Shown one piece after another: positions 39,698 through 49,951 of a stretch of 64,000 nucleotides of DNA. Within the stretch, counting starts at the first letter, position 1, and each line of letters opens with the position of its first letter. The notes beneath the pieces are model-generated. The model was not told where the DNA came from. It made no database searches and saw nothing but the letters and a program-made list of their open reading frames with translations. The position numbers and the translations under genes are program-made. The stretch comes from Candidatus Poribacteria bacterium (lineage in GTDB: Bacteria; Poribacteria; WGA-4E; JAJDTR01): NCBI GenBank assembly GCA_965222225.1, contig CBDCTK010000002.1, forward strand, positions 2,784,001 through 2,848,000, read 5' to 3'.

Positions 39698-40213
39698 TTA
39701 TTTCTTTTTCAAGCTGACGGTGCTACCGCCATCGCCGGTCAACGTGAGAGTATCCCCATTTATCGACCAGGTACCGTTGGCTATATCCTCAAAGTGAAGT
39801 TCTATGTCAATTGCGTCAGTCTCGACCTCGCCTGTAACCTCGGCGACTGTGAGTGAATAATCGGAACCCGATAGGGAATAAGTCCCCCAGCCTTCAATTG
39901 AGGTCCCCTCTGGTCCATCTCCTTCGTCAACTTCATAAGTCGTTTCCCTGTGCCACGTTCCATCGTCGTTAAACGTCCAGTCATCGGCGAAAGAGATTTC
40001 TAAGACTTGGCCAAAAGCACGGGCCAACTGTTCAAATTGATCCAGTTGTTGTCGAATATTTGTGCCATCGACGGATTCTAGGCTCCATGTACCGACCCAA
40101 TCGGTATCGCCCTCACTATCACCATCGCCACCACAACCGATGATTCCGATAATAAAGATTACATTGAAGCTAATCAACCACAAAAACAAACGAGGAATTA
40201 CTTGTCCCAACAT
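39698..40213 (-). CDS. Lipoprotein with lipocalin-like domain
   Basis: Lipobox IIGC, WVGTWSLESVDG, GTWSINGDTLTL. Confidence 0.75.
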   Translation of the reverse strand: MLGQVIPRLFLWLISFNVIFIIGIIGCGGDGDSEGDTDWVGTWSLESVDGTNIRQQLDQFEQLARAFGQVLEISFADDWTFNDDGTWHRETTYEVDEGDGPEGTSIEGWGTYSLSGSDYSLTVAEVTGEVETDAIDIELHFEDIANGTWSINGDTLTLTGDGGSTVSLKKK

Positions 40214-40402
40214 ACTATCAATTCTCCTTTACGATTTAGAAAAAGTTAGGACTTACGCGCTCCGGTAGGGAACAACAAACGTTGTTCCCTGCGAGCTTCG
40301 AATGGTGTCCTTGCTGTAGGTGCCATATGCTTAACATATATGGCCAAGATACAAAAGGAACACAAGCCACCAGCGCCCTGTTCTCCTTTCTTCCATCTGC
40401 TG

Positions 40403-43400
40403 CTACTTCCGTATCAACATCTTCCGCATAGCAGAGAAATCCCCTGCTGTCAGCGTGTAAAAATAGACCCCACTCGCCACCGGTTCACCGAATTCGTTCT
40501 TTCCGTTCCAATAAGCGGCGCGGCTGCGGCTGTAATAAGTCCCCGCAGTTTTGCCCCCCAGCGCCAAACGCCGCACTAGCTGCCCATCCAAGGCATGGAT
40601 AGTCAACGTGACAGCCGCACCTTTTGCTAACTGATACGGGATCCACGTCTCCGGGTTGAACAGGTTTGGAAAGTTCGCGGCAAGGGCGTTGTCTTTGCTT
40701 GCGGTAACCGGTAGTTGCGCCGTAAGGGCGGGACCGTTGTAGTTTGCGATGGCGTCCGCCCCAACGGTAAAGGTGAGAGTACCGTCCACATCCATGTCGC
40801 CATCAAATTCAAACTCGATCGTGATTTTCGTGTCGCTCGTTCGGTCTGGTTGGTGCCAAGGCATTGTTACACCGTCAATGCCGGCTATCTCCACCGCATC
40901 TCGGATGTCAAAGATAGAGTGCTCGAAGGTGCAGCCGCTGAGTGTGAGTGTCACAACGCTGCCCTCCAGCGTTGCTTCCGTTAATGGAGACGGGGTCGAG
41001 GCTGCTACCGATTCCATGGACGCGGTGACCGGTAGTTGCACAGTAAGGGCTAAACCGCTGTATCCTTCAATGGCATCTGTCCCCACGCTGAAGGTGAGGC
41101 TAGCGTCCGCGTCTATATTGCCGTTGAATTCAAGTTTAACAGTTACTTCCGTGTCGCTGACACGGTTGACGTTGAACGATTCAGCAGTGACACCTCGAAC
41201 CCCAGATACTTTTACTGCATCTCTCATGGCCCTGACAGGTGCGTAAACCCTACCATTGAGCGTGAGAGTGACGACGCTCTCATGCAGTGTTGCCTCTGTT
41301 AATGAGGACGCCAATTACCGATTCTTCTCCTCCGGAGACAGCGACTTGTGCAGAGAGTGCGTGGCCGCCGTATCCTGCGATAGCATCTGCTCCCACGGTG
41401 AAGGTGAGGCTAGCGTCAGCATCTATGTCCCCATTGAATTCAATTGCAACAGTTACCGCCGTGTCACTGACACGCTTGGTATTAGATGCGTCAACAGTTG
41501 CTCCGGCAATCCCGGACACCTTCAGTGCACGTCGGATGTTCCAGATAGACTCCACAAAACCCCTACCATTAAGACTCAGAGTGACTGTGCTACCATTCAG
41601 CGTCGATTCTATTAGTGGGGATTCGATAGAAGCTGTTACCGATTCCGTGAATGCGGTGACGGGTAGTTGAGCGGTAAGGGCGGGACCGCTGTATCCAGTA
41701 ATGGCATCTGCCCCCACTGAAGGTAAGGGTAGCGTCCGTATCAATGTCGCCATTGAATTCAAGTTCAACCGTGATTTCCGTGTTGTTCTTCCGGTCGAGT
41801 CCACGCCAAGGAATCGTTACGCCAGCGATACCAGATACCTTTACCCCATCTCCAATAGACTGCGCGTAGGGCCTGCCAACGAGAGTGAGCGTGACGACGC
41901 TCCCATTCAGGATTGCTTCTGTCAAAGGGACGGGAGTCGATGCCGTTAGCGATTCCGTGGACGCCGTGACCGGTAGTTGCGTCGTAAGGGCGGAACCGCC
42001 GTATCCTGCGATGGCATCTGCTCCAACAGTGAAGGTGAGCGTAGCGTCCTCGTCTATGTCGTCATTGAATTCAAGTTTAACAGTTACTTCCGTGTCGCTC
42101 ACCCGGTCTACGTCGAACCATTCGACAGCAAGACCGCGAACCCCAGATACCTTTACCGCTTTTCCGATGTCAACCCTAGACTGCGCGTAGCTCCTGCCAT
42201 TAAGCGTCAGAGTGAAGACGTTCCCATCCAGCGTTCGTTCTGTCAACGGGGACGTGGTTGCGGCGGATACTGATTCCATGGACGCCGTGACCGGTAGTTG
42301 CGCTGTAATGGCGGGACCGCCGTACCCTGCGATGGCATCTGCTCCAACGGTGAAGGTGAGGATAGCGTCCTCATCTATGTCACCTTTGAATTCTAGTTCA
42401 ACTGCCACTTCCGTGTCGCTGATACGATCTACATCGAACCTTTCGACGGTGACTGCGCGAACTCCAGATACATTTAACGCCTCTCGGATGTCAAAGATAG
42501 ACTCCACGTAAGACCTGCCACTGAGCGTGAGAATGACGACGCTCCCATCCAGCGTTGCTTCTGTTAATGGAGACGCGGTTGAAGCTACTACCGTCTCCGT
42601 GACCGCAGTCACAGGAATCTGTGCCGTGAGCGCAAGGCCAAAGTAGCCCGGTACGGCATTTGCCCCGACGGAGAAGTTAAGGGCAGCGTCCGTGTCTATG
42701 TCGCCATTGAATTCAAGTTCGACCGTCACTTCCGTGTCGCTTACGCGCTCGACGTCGAATTTTTCAACCGTGACGCCGGCAATTCCCGAAACCTTTACCG
42801 CATCCATGATGTCAAAGATAGACTGCGCGTAAGCCAAGCGACTAAGCGTGAGCGAGCCAACGCTTCCATGAATCGTTGAATCGTTGGCTCGGTTAACGGC
42901 GACGCGGTCGAAGCGGCGAGTATTTCCGGGGCGCTATCGATAACATCCCAGACTTCCCACTGGCGTATCCGCCCATCTCTGCTTCCGGTAATGGCGGAGT
43001 GTTTGTCGCGGCCAAAAGCCACGGTCGTCACAGGCGACCCATGCCCGAGCAAGGCTCGAACCGTTCTTGTGTCGGGATCCCACAAACGTACGCTCCCGTT
43101 TATATTTGCGCTGGCGAGCACGTCTCCCTCAGGGCTGAAAGCAATGTCCAGCACCGGCGATTCATGGTCGAGCGTGGCTTCCTGTTCTCCGGTGTTCGGG
43201 TTCCACAGCCGCACTGTACCGTCAATACTTGCGCTGGCGAGGAAGCCGCTCGCACGACTGAAGTCGACGCTCAAGACGCTCCCCGTATGCCCGCTGAGCG
43301 TGGCTTGAAGCTCTCCGGTGCCGGGGTGCCACAGCCGCACCGTGCCGTCGGCGCCGCCGTTGCAAGCAATCCACCGTCGGGGCTAAACGCGATGCTCGTA

Positions 43401-44209
43401 ACGCTGTCCGTGTGGCCGCGGAGCGTGGTTTGAATACCTCCGGTTGTGGCGTTCCACAGCCGCAACGTGCCGCGCGCGCTTCCGCCAGCAAGAATCTCAC
43501 CGTCGGGGCTGAAGGCGGTACTCAATACATGAATTCTGGGCTCCAACTTAAGCTGAGCCCACGTTGTATACCCCGTGAGGGTCAAGTTGAGTTGCTGTCC
43601 GCTAGGCACCCACGAGCTGTCAGCGCTATCCGCGTTTCGTGACCACAACTGCACGTTGCCCCCTTCACTTGTGGTGGCGAGCAGCCCTCCATCGGGGCTG
43701 ACGACAAAATTGAAAATAGGCGCCCCGTGTATAAGCGGGGCGGCGAACTGTTCCGCGTGGGGATCCCAAAAGTGAACGCTGCCTGAAACGACAAGCCCGA
43801 TTGGCCCTCCATCGGGAATGACGAAAATGTTTGAGGCGCTGCGTACCTGCCCGACGACGTTTGCATCAGGCAGCGGAATATAGCGGAGGATTACGCTTAT
43901 GCCACCGGTAGCTATGAGTTCAACAGGGTGAACGCCGAAGGCTTCCCCGACAGCATCAAAGGCTTCCCAAGCAGCGCCCAGTCCTTCACCGGCGGCGCCC
44001 AACCCTTCGCCAACAGCGCCGAATCCTGCACCTATTCCCTCTCCGGCAGCGCCTAGTCCTGCTCCTAAGCCTTCGCCGACAGCACCGAAGATTTCGCCCA
44101 AACCCCAACAGAGTTCTCCGCCGTAGCCAACGCCTTGTACGCCATAGACCAAGAAGACCGTGAGCAGCATGAAGATGATAATCTTTCGACTCGTAGCTCT
44201 GGATTTCAT
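40403..44209 (-). pseudogene. Fragmented secreted protein: signal peptide, Gly/Ala repeat, WD40 propeller, 7 x ~107-aa beta-rich repeats, C-terminal FlgD-Ig/T9SS-like domain
   Basis: Five ORF pieces (43271-44209, 42795-43340, 41590-42837, 41280-41804, 40403-41314) join across frameshifts; GH...AFSPDG...VRLW repeats; ends NFPNLFNPETWIPYQL...RKMLIRK. Confidence 0.85.
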
Positions 44210-44431
44210 TAGATGCCTCCTCGTGTGGGGTGTTATGAATTCAAGGTGAAATCAGGGGAATAAATAGATTCATCTGAGCTGTCCACTGGTGGAGGAGGGA
44301 TTAATCAAGCTCTTGTCGGACAGATTAAGAGTTCCTTCGGTTATCAAGCCCGCCCCGTGTGCGGGGCGTTCCCTTGAGGGCGATTCACCAGCTTGATCTC
44401 CGCCTACGGGACGTAGTTACGGACTTCCATT

Positions 44432-45511
44432 TCAGGTCTCCCAAAGCGGGTTGACCGCGTTGGCTTTAATCACAAAGTAACACCTCATTCCAACCGCGAG
44501 GCCAAGTTGGACTCGCGCTTCATTCGTAATCTTCACGGATAGCGGGTGCTCCTCAATCTCGGCGGACAACATAATCCGATCGCCGAACGGGACAATACTG
44601 CAGATTGCCCCGCTCAGCACATTCCGCGCGCTAATCGGCAAATCGGGTTCTAGCGAGACGATGATATCTTCCGCCCTGATGCCAACTTGCATCAGCTTGC
44701 CAATTTCAATGTCCGTATAGGGCACTAGCAGCTTTTGGCTTCCAATTTCCAATTCTGTCACACCTCGTTCTCGTTCGCACGCGATGACGGGCAAGGACAG
44801 AATATTCTCTACACCCGTCATCTGAGCGATGGGCAGGGCAGACGGAGAGGTGAGCAGTTGATGCGGTTCACCCCGTGCGGCAACGCGCCCATCGGACAGC
44901 AGAAAGGCTTCGTCCGCCAACGCCATCGCCTCCGAGATTGAGTGTGTCACATAAAGAATCGGGATGTCAAATGTCTCTTTGATGTGGTGGAGATAGGGTA
45001 GGATACGATGCTTTAGCCCCAGATCGAGAGCGGCAAGCGGCTCGTCCATCAATAGCATTCGCGGACTTATGGCTAATGCGCGCGCGAGCGCCACACGTTG
45101 ACGCTGACCGCCGGACAACTGACGCGGATAGCGTTTTAACAGGTCCCCGATTTCGAGGATTTCAATCACACGATTGACGTCAATCTGCTCCCCGTTCCGG
45201 GATGTGCCGTTGTGGCCATAGAAGATGTTCTTTTGGACGGTCAGGTGGGGAAAGAGCAGGCCCTCCTGAAAAACGTACCCGAATCCCCGTTTTTCCGGCG
45301 GCAGCCGTACCCCCTCTTGAGAGGAATAGAGCGTATCACCAAGAAATGAAATGACGCCATCGTCCGGATGCAGGATGCCGCTTATGCAGTTGAGCAGCGT
45401 GCTCTTGCCGCTGCCCGACACACCCAGCACCGCCGTCACCTTTTGCGTGATCGCGGCATCAATCTCAAGATGGAAATTCCCGAGCCGCTTATGGAAGGCA
45501 AGCTTTAACAT
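44432..45511 (-). CDS. modC: Molybdate ABC transporter ATP-binding protein
   Basis: GVSGSGKS, LPPEKRGFGYVFQ, LSGGQRQR, C-terminal TOBE/Mop ISARN...IKA. Confidence 0.9.
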   Translation of the reverse strand: MLKLAFHKRLGNFHLEIDAAITQKVTAVLGVSGSGKSTLLNCISGILHPDDGVISFLGDTLYSSQEGVRLPPEKRGFGYVFQEGLLFPHLTVQKNIFYGHNGTSRNGEQIDVNRVIEILEIGDLLKRYPRQLSGGQRQRVALARALAISPRMLLMDEPLAALDLGLKHRILPYLHHIKETFDIPILYVTHSISEAMALADEAFLLSDGRVAARGEPHQLLTSPSALPIAQMTGVENILSLPVIACERERGVTELEIGSQKLLVPYTDIEIGKLMQVGIRAEDIIVSLEPDLPISARNVLSGAICSIVPFGDRIMLSAEIEEHPLSVKITNEARVQLGLAVGMRCYFVIKANAVNPLWET

Positions 45512-45618
45512 GGGCTAGTCAATCCGTAGGGTGCGCACTGCGCACCAGCCTCTTGGTTGCAAGGTGCAATCAAATCGATCGCCCGTTTAATGAACGCTGG
45601 TTTCACCCCATAAACACC

Positions 45619-48333
45619 CTACATCGAAAGCCCCAACAACCCTCGCGTAAACTGGAAATCGGTATTCCCTTTCCCGTAGAGTTTGGGGGTGTACTGACGG
45701 GAGGCGACTTGGAGTATCACCTCAAGCATCCGGCTCGAAAAAAAGTCGGGCGTCCAATCGTCGCCAGGGGGTGTTACATCAAGGTCTTCCGCGTAGATAG
45801 CCCCCGTCGTTTCATCCGTTGTCGCCTGAACGAGCGGAATCATGCGGTGTGATTGAAGGGGATGCCCCACGATATGCGCCAGTACAAGATCCACGCCCGT
45901 CGCTCCCATTCCTGTAAGCGTTTCGACGGGATGATCCGTAGGTGTTTCCATGACATGCAACCCTGCCCTGCCTATTGCCTGTCCATAGGCGAGCGTATTT
46001 CTTAACTCCTGACCCTCAAGCACCATCTCCAAATAAACGGGCGAAGTCAAGAAGGTAGCGTTGGCAGGTGCCACAACGGTGCCGCCAGCCCCGGCAATCT
46101 CCTGCGTCAACCGTGCAAGACTTCTGGCAGCCCTCTCGAAAACCTTGCCGCTTGAAGTTAACCCCAGACGCAGGTGCTCTAAACCCACGTCGGCGTGGCG
46201 TGGCGCGGGCATCTCTTCCAAAGTGTTTTCAAACCAACGTTCTACCTTCCGCGTCACCGCTTCAATGCCGCCATCCAACTGGATGCTCGCCCAGCCGTAA
46301 CGATTGCTATCAATTCCGTGCGTTTCAAGCGCATGCAGCATATGGTCGTTATGCGTCTTTTCGCACCCGTGCTCCAAGAGCAACCCGAGACCAACGGTCG
46401 GGTGGGTGAGATGCCCCACGAGTGTTCGCGTGTATATCTCCTCCGTTTGCCCGCTCGACACGCCGCATCCCTCCGTATGCGCCAACGCAACATAACGCGA
46501 GATTCCTTTGTCCCTCCCCAACTTGCGGTCGTTCAGACGATTCGCAATCATCTGGGCAATCTGCCCGGAGCAGAGACTTGTTGGAAGAATCAAGCCGATC
46601 TGGTCACTTCGATGGCTACCCTCGACTTGGAGGGCGCGAAATGTGCGGCTCTGGGCTGGTGCGTCGACTTTGACAGGGATGGATGTGCCGTCCCGTACTT
46701 CGGAGACAGCCGCCACAGAATCCAAATCCGTTGGTCCCGTCTGCTTCCAATCTCTCCACAGCGACACTTGGGAGTGGCCCGCCTTCTCCCCGACAGACCG
46801 TTCGCCGGACGCAACATCGATCATGAGTTCGAGCGTATCCTCGCCCAACGCCTCCATGGAAGTTCCGTCGAGATATGCCCCCGCGTTCACATCCATATCT
46901 TTCTCCAGCAGATTGTATCTTTCGGTGGTCGTCACGATTTTAATTGTCGGCACGAAAGGGAAGTTGGTGATGGAACCGTTGCCCGTCACGAAGAAAATCA
47001 TGTTTGCCCCCGACGCCACCTGCCCCGCAATGCTCTCAAGGTCGTTCCCCGGGCTGTCCATAAAATAGTAGCCCGGATCGGACATCAACTGACTGTAATC
47101 GATAACATTATCCAAGCGAACGTCCGGGTGCCGCTTCATTGCCGCGCCAATCGACTTGATGGCGATATTGTACAACCCCCTAAAATTGTTGCCGCCGCTG
47201 GGATTTCCTTCAGCGGAATGACCGTGCCAACTGGCGCGCTCCTTGAATCGCTCAATTGTGTCCAGAAACGTTGACGCTGTCTCCAAATCCTTGACATTCT
47301 GGAGCACATAGTGCTCCGCGCCGATAAGTTCGTCCGTTTCCGCGAGGTTGGCTGCCCCGCCGTAGCGAATGACCTCCTTGGCGACATAAGCCGCGAGCGG
47401 ATTGCCCGATACGCCCGAGAATGCGTCCGAACCTCCGCACTGAAGTGCAATCTTGATGTTCGAGAGGGGCTGTTTCGTGCGCTCCATCGCATTGACCTGA
47501 TCCCGCCAACTGCTGAGAATTGCTTGTCCCTTCTCCAAATTCGCGTCAAAACCGCCTTGTATGCTTAGAAAATGATGCATTACATGGTCAATCGGGTAAC
47601 CTTGGTTGATTAGATAGTTCTTAAGCATCCGATTCGTCACGGCTTCCGAGCCGTAGTCAACGGGGAGAATCGCGCCGACGTTCGGGTGAATCATGAACCC
47701 GGCGAGCGTCCGGAGCAGCATGTCCAGATTGTTGGGCGTTCTACCCTCTCCACCCTCGGTATGCGCCACGGCGATAATCCCGTCAATGTTTTCACAGTCC
47801 GCGGCAACCTCCTTCATTCGGCTCACCAAGGCGTTGACAAAACCGGAAGTTCGCGAAGTTGTGCCCATAACCACAATGTAATTTCGCGTTCCAACGCCGC
47901 GTCCTCCCTCCCGCCGGTAGCCTTCGAAGAACCTGTCGTCATCGTGTCGGGTGACCGGATCGCCCGGCTGAAAATTCTCCTCATCAAGATGATACGTGAT
48001 GATTTCATCCCTGAAGTTGGGGTGTGCTGGTAAATCAAAATCGAGATGCCGCAACGAGAGCGAATCAATCATCTTCTGATTGCACACATAGTCACCCGGT
48101 CGAATCTGCGAGATTGCGAAACCGAACGGCAACCCCCAAGAAAGCAGCGGTTCGCCTACCGGAATGGGCTTGATAGCAAACCGATGCCCCTCCAGAATGG
48201 TATGGGACAGCTCGAATTGTTCTCCATCACAGCGTATTTCCGAATTCGCCTCTAATCGACGCGTCGCGATTGCCACATTATCGCTTGGGGCGGGCAGCCG
48301 CGCAATGTCGTCAAAGTTGTATTGATTGTCCAT
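45619..48333 (-). CDS. UxaA/GarD-family sugar-acid dehydratase with duplicated domains (904 aa)
   Basis: SAF-like N-term (DNVAIA...GHRFA), GVGTRNY, LQCGGSD.FSG.SGNP, EGNPSGGN; second PTSLCS...HTEGCG...HGCE module. Confidence 0.85.
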   Translation of the reverse strand: MDNQYNFDDIARLPAPSDNVAIATRRLEANSEIRCDGEQFELSHTILEGHRFAIKPIPVGEPLLSWGLPFGFAISQIRPGDYVCNQKMIDSLSLRHLDFDLPAHPNFRDEIITYHLDEENFQPGDPVTRHDDDRFFEGYRREGGRGVGTRNYIVVMGTTSRTSGFVNALVSRMKEVAADCENIDGIIAVAHTEGGEGRTPNNLDMLLRTLAGFMIHPNVGAILPVDYGSEAVTNRMLKNYLINQGYPIDHVMHHFLSIQGGFDANLEKGQAILSSWRDQVNAMERTKQPLSNIKIALQCGGSDAFSGVSGNPLAAYVAKEVIRYGGAANLAETDELIGAEHYVLQNVKDLETASTFLDTIERFKERASWHGHSAEGNPSGGNNFRGLYNIAIKSIGAAMKRHPDVRLDNVIDYSQLMSDPGYYFMDSPGNDLESIAGQVASGANMIFFVTGNGSITNFPFVPTIKIVTTTERYNLLEKDMDVNAGAYLDGTSMEALGEDTLELMIDVASGERSVGEKAGHSQVSLWRDWKQTGPTDLDSVAAVSEVRDGTSIPVKVDAPAQSRTFRALQVEGSHRSDQIGLILPTSLCSGQIAQMIANRLNDRKLGRDKGISRYVALAHTEGCGVSSGQTEEIYTRTLVGHLTHPTVGLGLLLEHGCEKTHNDHMLHALETHGIDSNRYGWASIQLDGGIEAVTRKVERWFENTLEEMPAPRHADVGLEHLRLGLTSSGKVFERAARSLARLTQEIAGAGGTVVAPANATFLTSPVYLEMVLEGQELRNTLAYGQAIGRAGLHVMETPTDHPVETLTGMGATGVDLVLAHIVGHPLQSHRMIPLVQATTDETTGAIYAEDLDVTPPGDDWTPDFFSSRMLEVILQVASRQYTPKLYGKGNTDFQFTRGLLGLSM

Positions 48334-48387
48334 GTTCCTTTTCTCCCGATTAAATTGTACATTCTTTACATAAAGATAAGAAGTAAT

Positions 48388-48511
48388 GGGAGCTCTATGG
48401 GAATTCTATCGTACTCTTTGTTCAGTCCCTTGATCTATCCGTTCCTTTGATCGCTCATTATGGGATTTTCTATCACCCTCCCTACTCGGTCGGTTGATCG
48501 ATAGAGCTCCC
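48388..48511 (-). repeat. Cluster of 35-bp elements (reverse orientation, nested)
   Basis: CTATCGTACTCTTTGTTCAGTCCCTTGATC; CTATCACCCTCCCTACTCGGTCGGTTGATC; repeated GGGA.NTCTAT tails. Confidence 0.75.
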
Positions 48512-48519
48512 ATTACGCA

Positions 48520-49104
48520 TCACGTAATTACTTCCCGGTAAATGGTGACCTGCATGGCATCGCGCTTCACCCACGGCAATTCCGTGTCAAACCAGCACGT
48601 TTGGCAGTCGTAGCGGGAACGAACATGCTCAAGATAATCCGCCATGCTGTCCGCGCCGATACCCACGTTATCCGCGACGATGGTCGCTCCATCAACAAGA
48701 CGCGGTTCTATCGCCTGAAAGCAGGGAAAGTAGTTGCCGAAATTGTTGTCTAGCAGAAGAAAATCGACGGAATCGTTAATAGTCTTCAGTACGTCTATAG
48801 CGTTGCCAATCCGAGAATCAACCAGATCGCTGAACCCGGCACGATTGAAATGCGCTTGCGCATCACGAGCGCGGTCCGGCTCAATCTCCACGGTTATCAA
48901 CCGGCCCTTGCCCGCAGCCTTGAGTCTCTCAAGCATCCACAATCCCGAATACCCGATTGCCGTTCCGCATTCCACAATGAGGGAGGGGCATGCCTTTTCG
49001 ACAAGCGCCGTAAGAAACTCGGCTTTCTCCGGACCTAACATCGGTATGCCTTCCTCCCGGCACCGTTTGTCCACTTCCTGAAGAACTTTATCGAATGTCG
49101 TCAT
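48520..49104 (-). CDS. Class I SAM-dependent O-methyltransferase
   Basis: VECGTAIGYSG, LITVE, DFLLLD, IVADN. Confidence 0.88.
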   Translation of the reverse strand: MTTFDKVLQEVDKRCREEGIPMLGPEKAEFLTALVEKACPSLIVECGTAIGYSGLWMLERLKAAGKGRLITVEIEPDRARDAQAHFNRAGFSDLVDSRIGNAIDVLKTINDSVDFLLLDNNFGNYFPCFQAIEPRLVDGATIVADNVGIGADSMADYLEHVRSRYDCQTCWFDTELPWVKRDAMQVTIYREVIT

Positions 49105-49369
49105 CTCGCGCTCCCCTTGTCATTTGAGCCAGGATTCTGTAGTCCGATTTGTGTTAGCCATCTTCAATCATCAAATCAATAATCGAATTGCGATTATCGC
49201 GCTCGAACCCGAGTTTTTTCTTGAAAACTCGGGTTCTTTCTCGGTACTCTTGTAGGATGGGATTGCGACCATCAAATCGCCGATTTCCCATCTCTTCAAT
49301 TCGCGTCTTTAGTAAGAGCCAACTTTGCTCGCAGCGGGAGGTCGTGATCGGGAGATTGTTCCTACGGTG

Positions 49370-49477
49370 CGTAGGTTGGGTTGAACGATCAAGCGACCGA
49401 ATAGATAGTGAGTGCGATAGGGATCCCAGTGAAACCCAACACTTCATCTGTAGGGAACGCAGATCTGCGTTCCCTAC
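49370..49477. repeat. REP GTAGGTTGGGTTGAACGA|AGTGAAACCCAAC split by an element copy (49389-49427), followed by a second REP
   Basis: REP halves flank the insert with no duplication. Confidence 0.8.
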
Positions 49478-49588
49478 TCACCACTCACCATTGCTTTTAG
49501 TTGACTTCCGCCCAGCCCCCTGCTAAAATACTATCCAAATTAGACACGCCAACTTAAAGCGTTCGGATGTGCGAATAGGAGAGCAAGA

Positions 49589-49915
49589 ATGCCGTCGAAA
49601 GAGGAAATTTACGATCGGGCTTTAACCCACTTTGGAAATGACGAACTTGACGATGCCGTGGCTGCGTTCAACGACTTGGTTGAACAATATCCCGACTATA
49701 TTGATGGACCCATCGGGCTTGGACACGCTTATGAACGTCAAGGGAAATACGACGAGGCGATCCAAGCGATAAAGAAAGCAATCGAGATTGATCCCACGGA
49801 TCCACTGGTCTACACCAGCCTGTCGGTATGCTATCAGCGCAAAGGAATGATTGCGGAAGCCGAAGACGCCATGGCAAAGTCTCAGGAACTGGCGATGGCT
49901 TCAAATATGTCCTAG
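49589..49915 (+). CDS. TPR-repeat protein
   Basis: LGHAYERQGKYDEAI..IKKAIEIDP; promoter TTGACT-N17-TAAAAT at 49501-49529. Confidence 0.85.
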   Translation: MPSKEEIYDRALTHFGNDELDDAVAAFNDLVEQYPDYIDGPIGLGHAYERQGKYDEAIQAIKKAIEIDPTDPLVYTSLSVCYQRKGMIAEAEDAMAKSQELAMASNMS

Positions 49916-49951
49916 CGAAACAAATTTGGATTGCGCCGTCGCTTCTAACGT

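Noticed and set aside
46195-47274. Long antisense or alternative-frame ORFs (also 5278-6408, 27453-28193, 29121-29915, 34041-34814)
   Set aside because: Shadows of well-supported genes, with no recognisable motifs.
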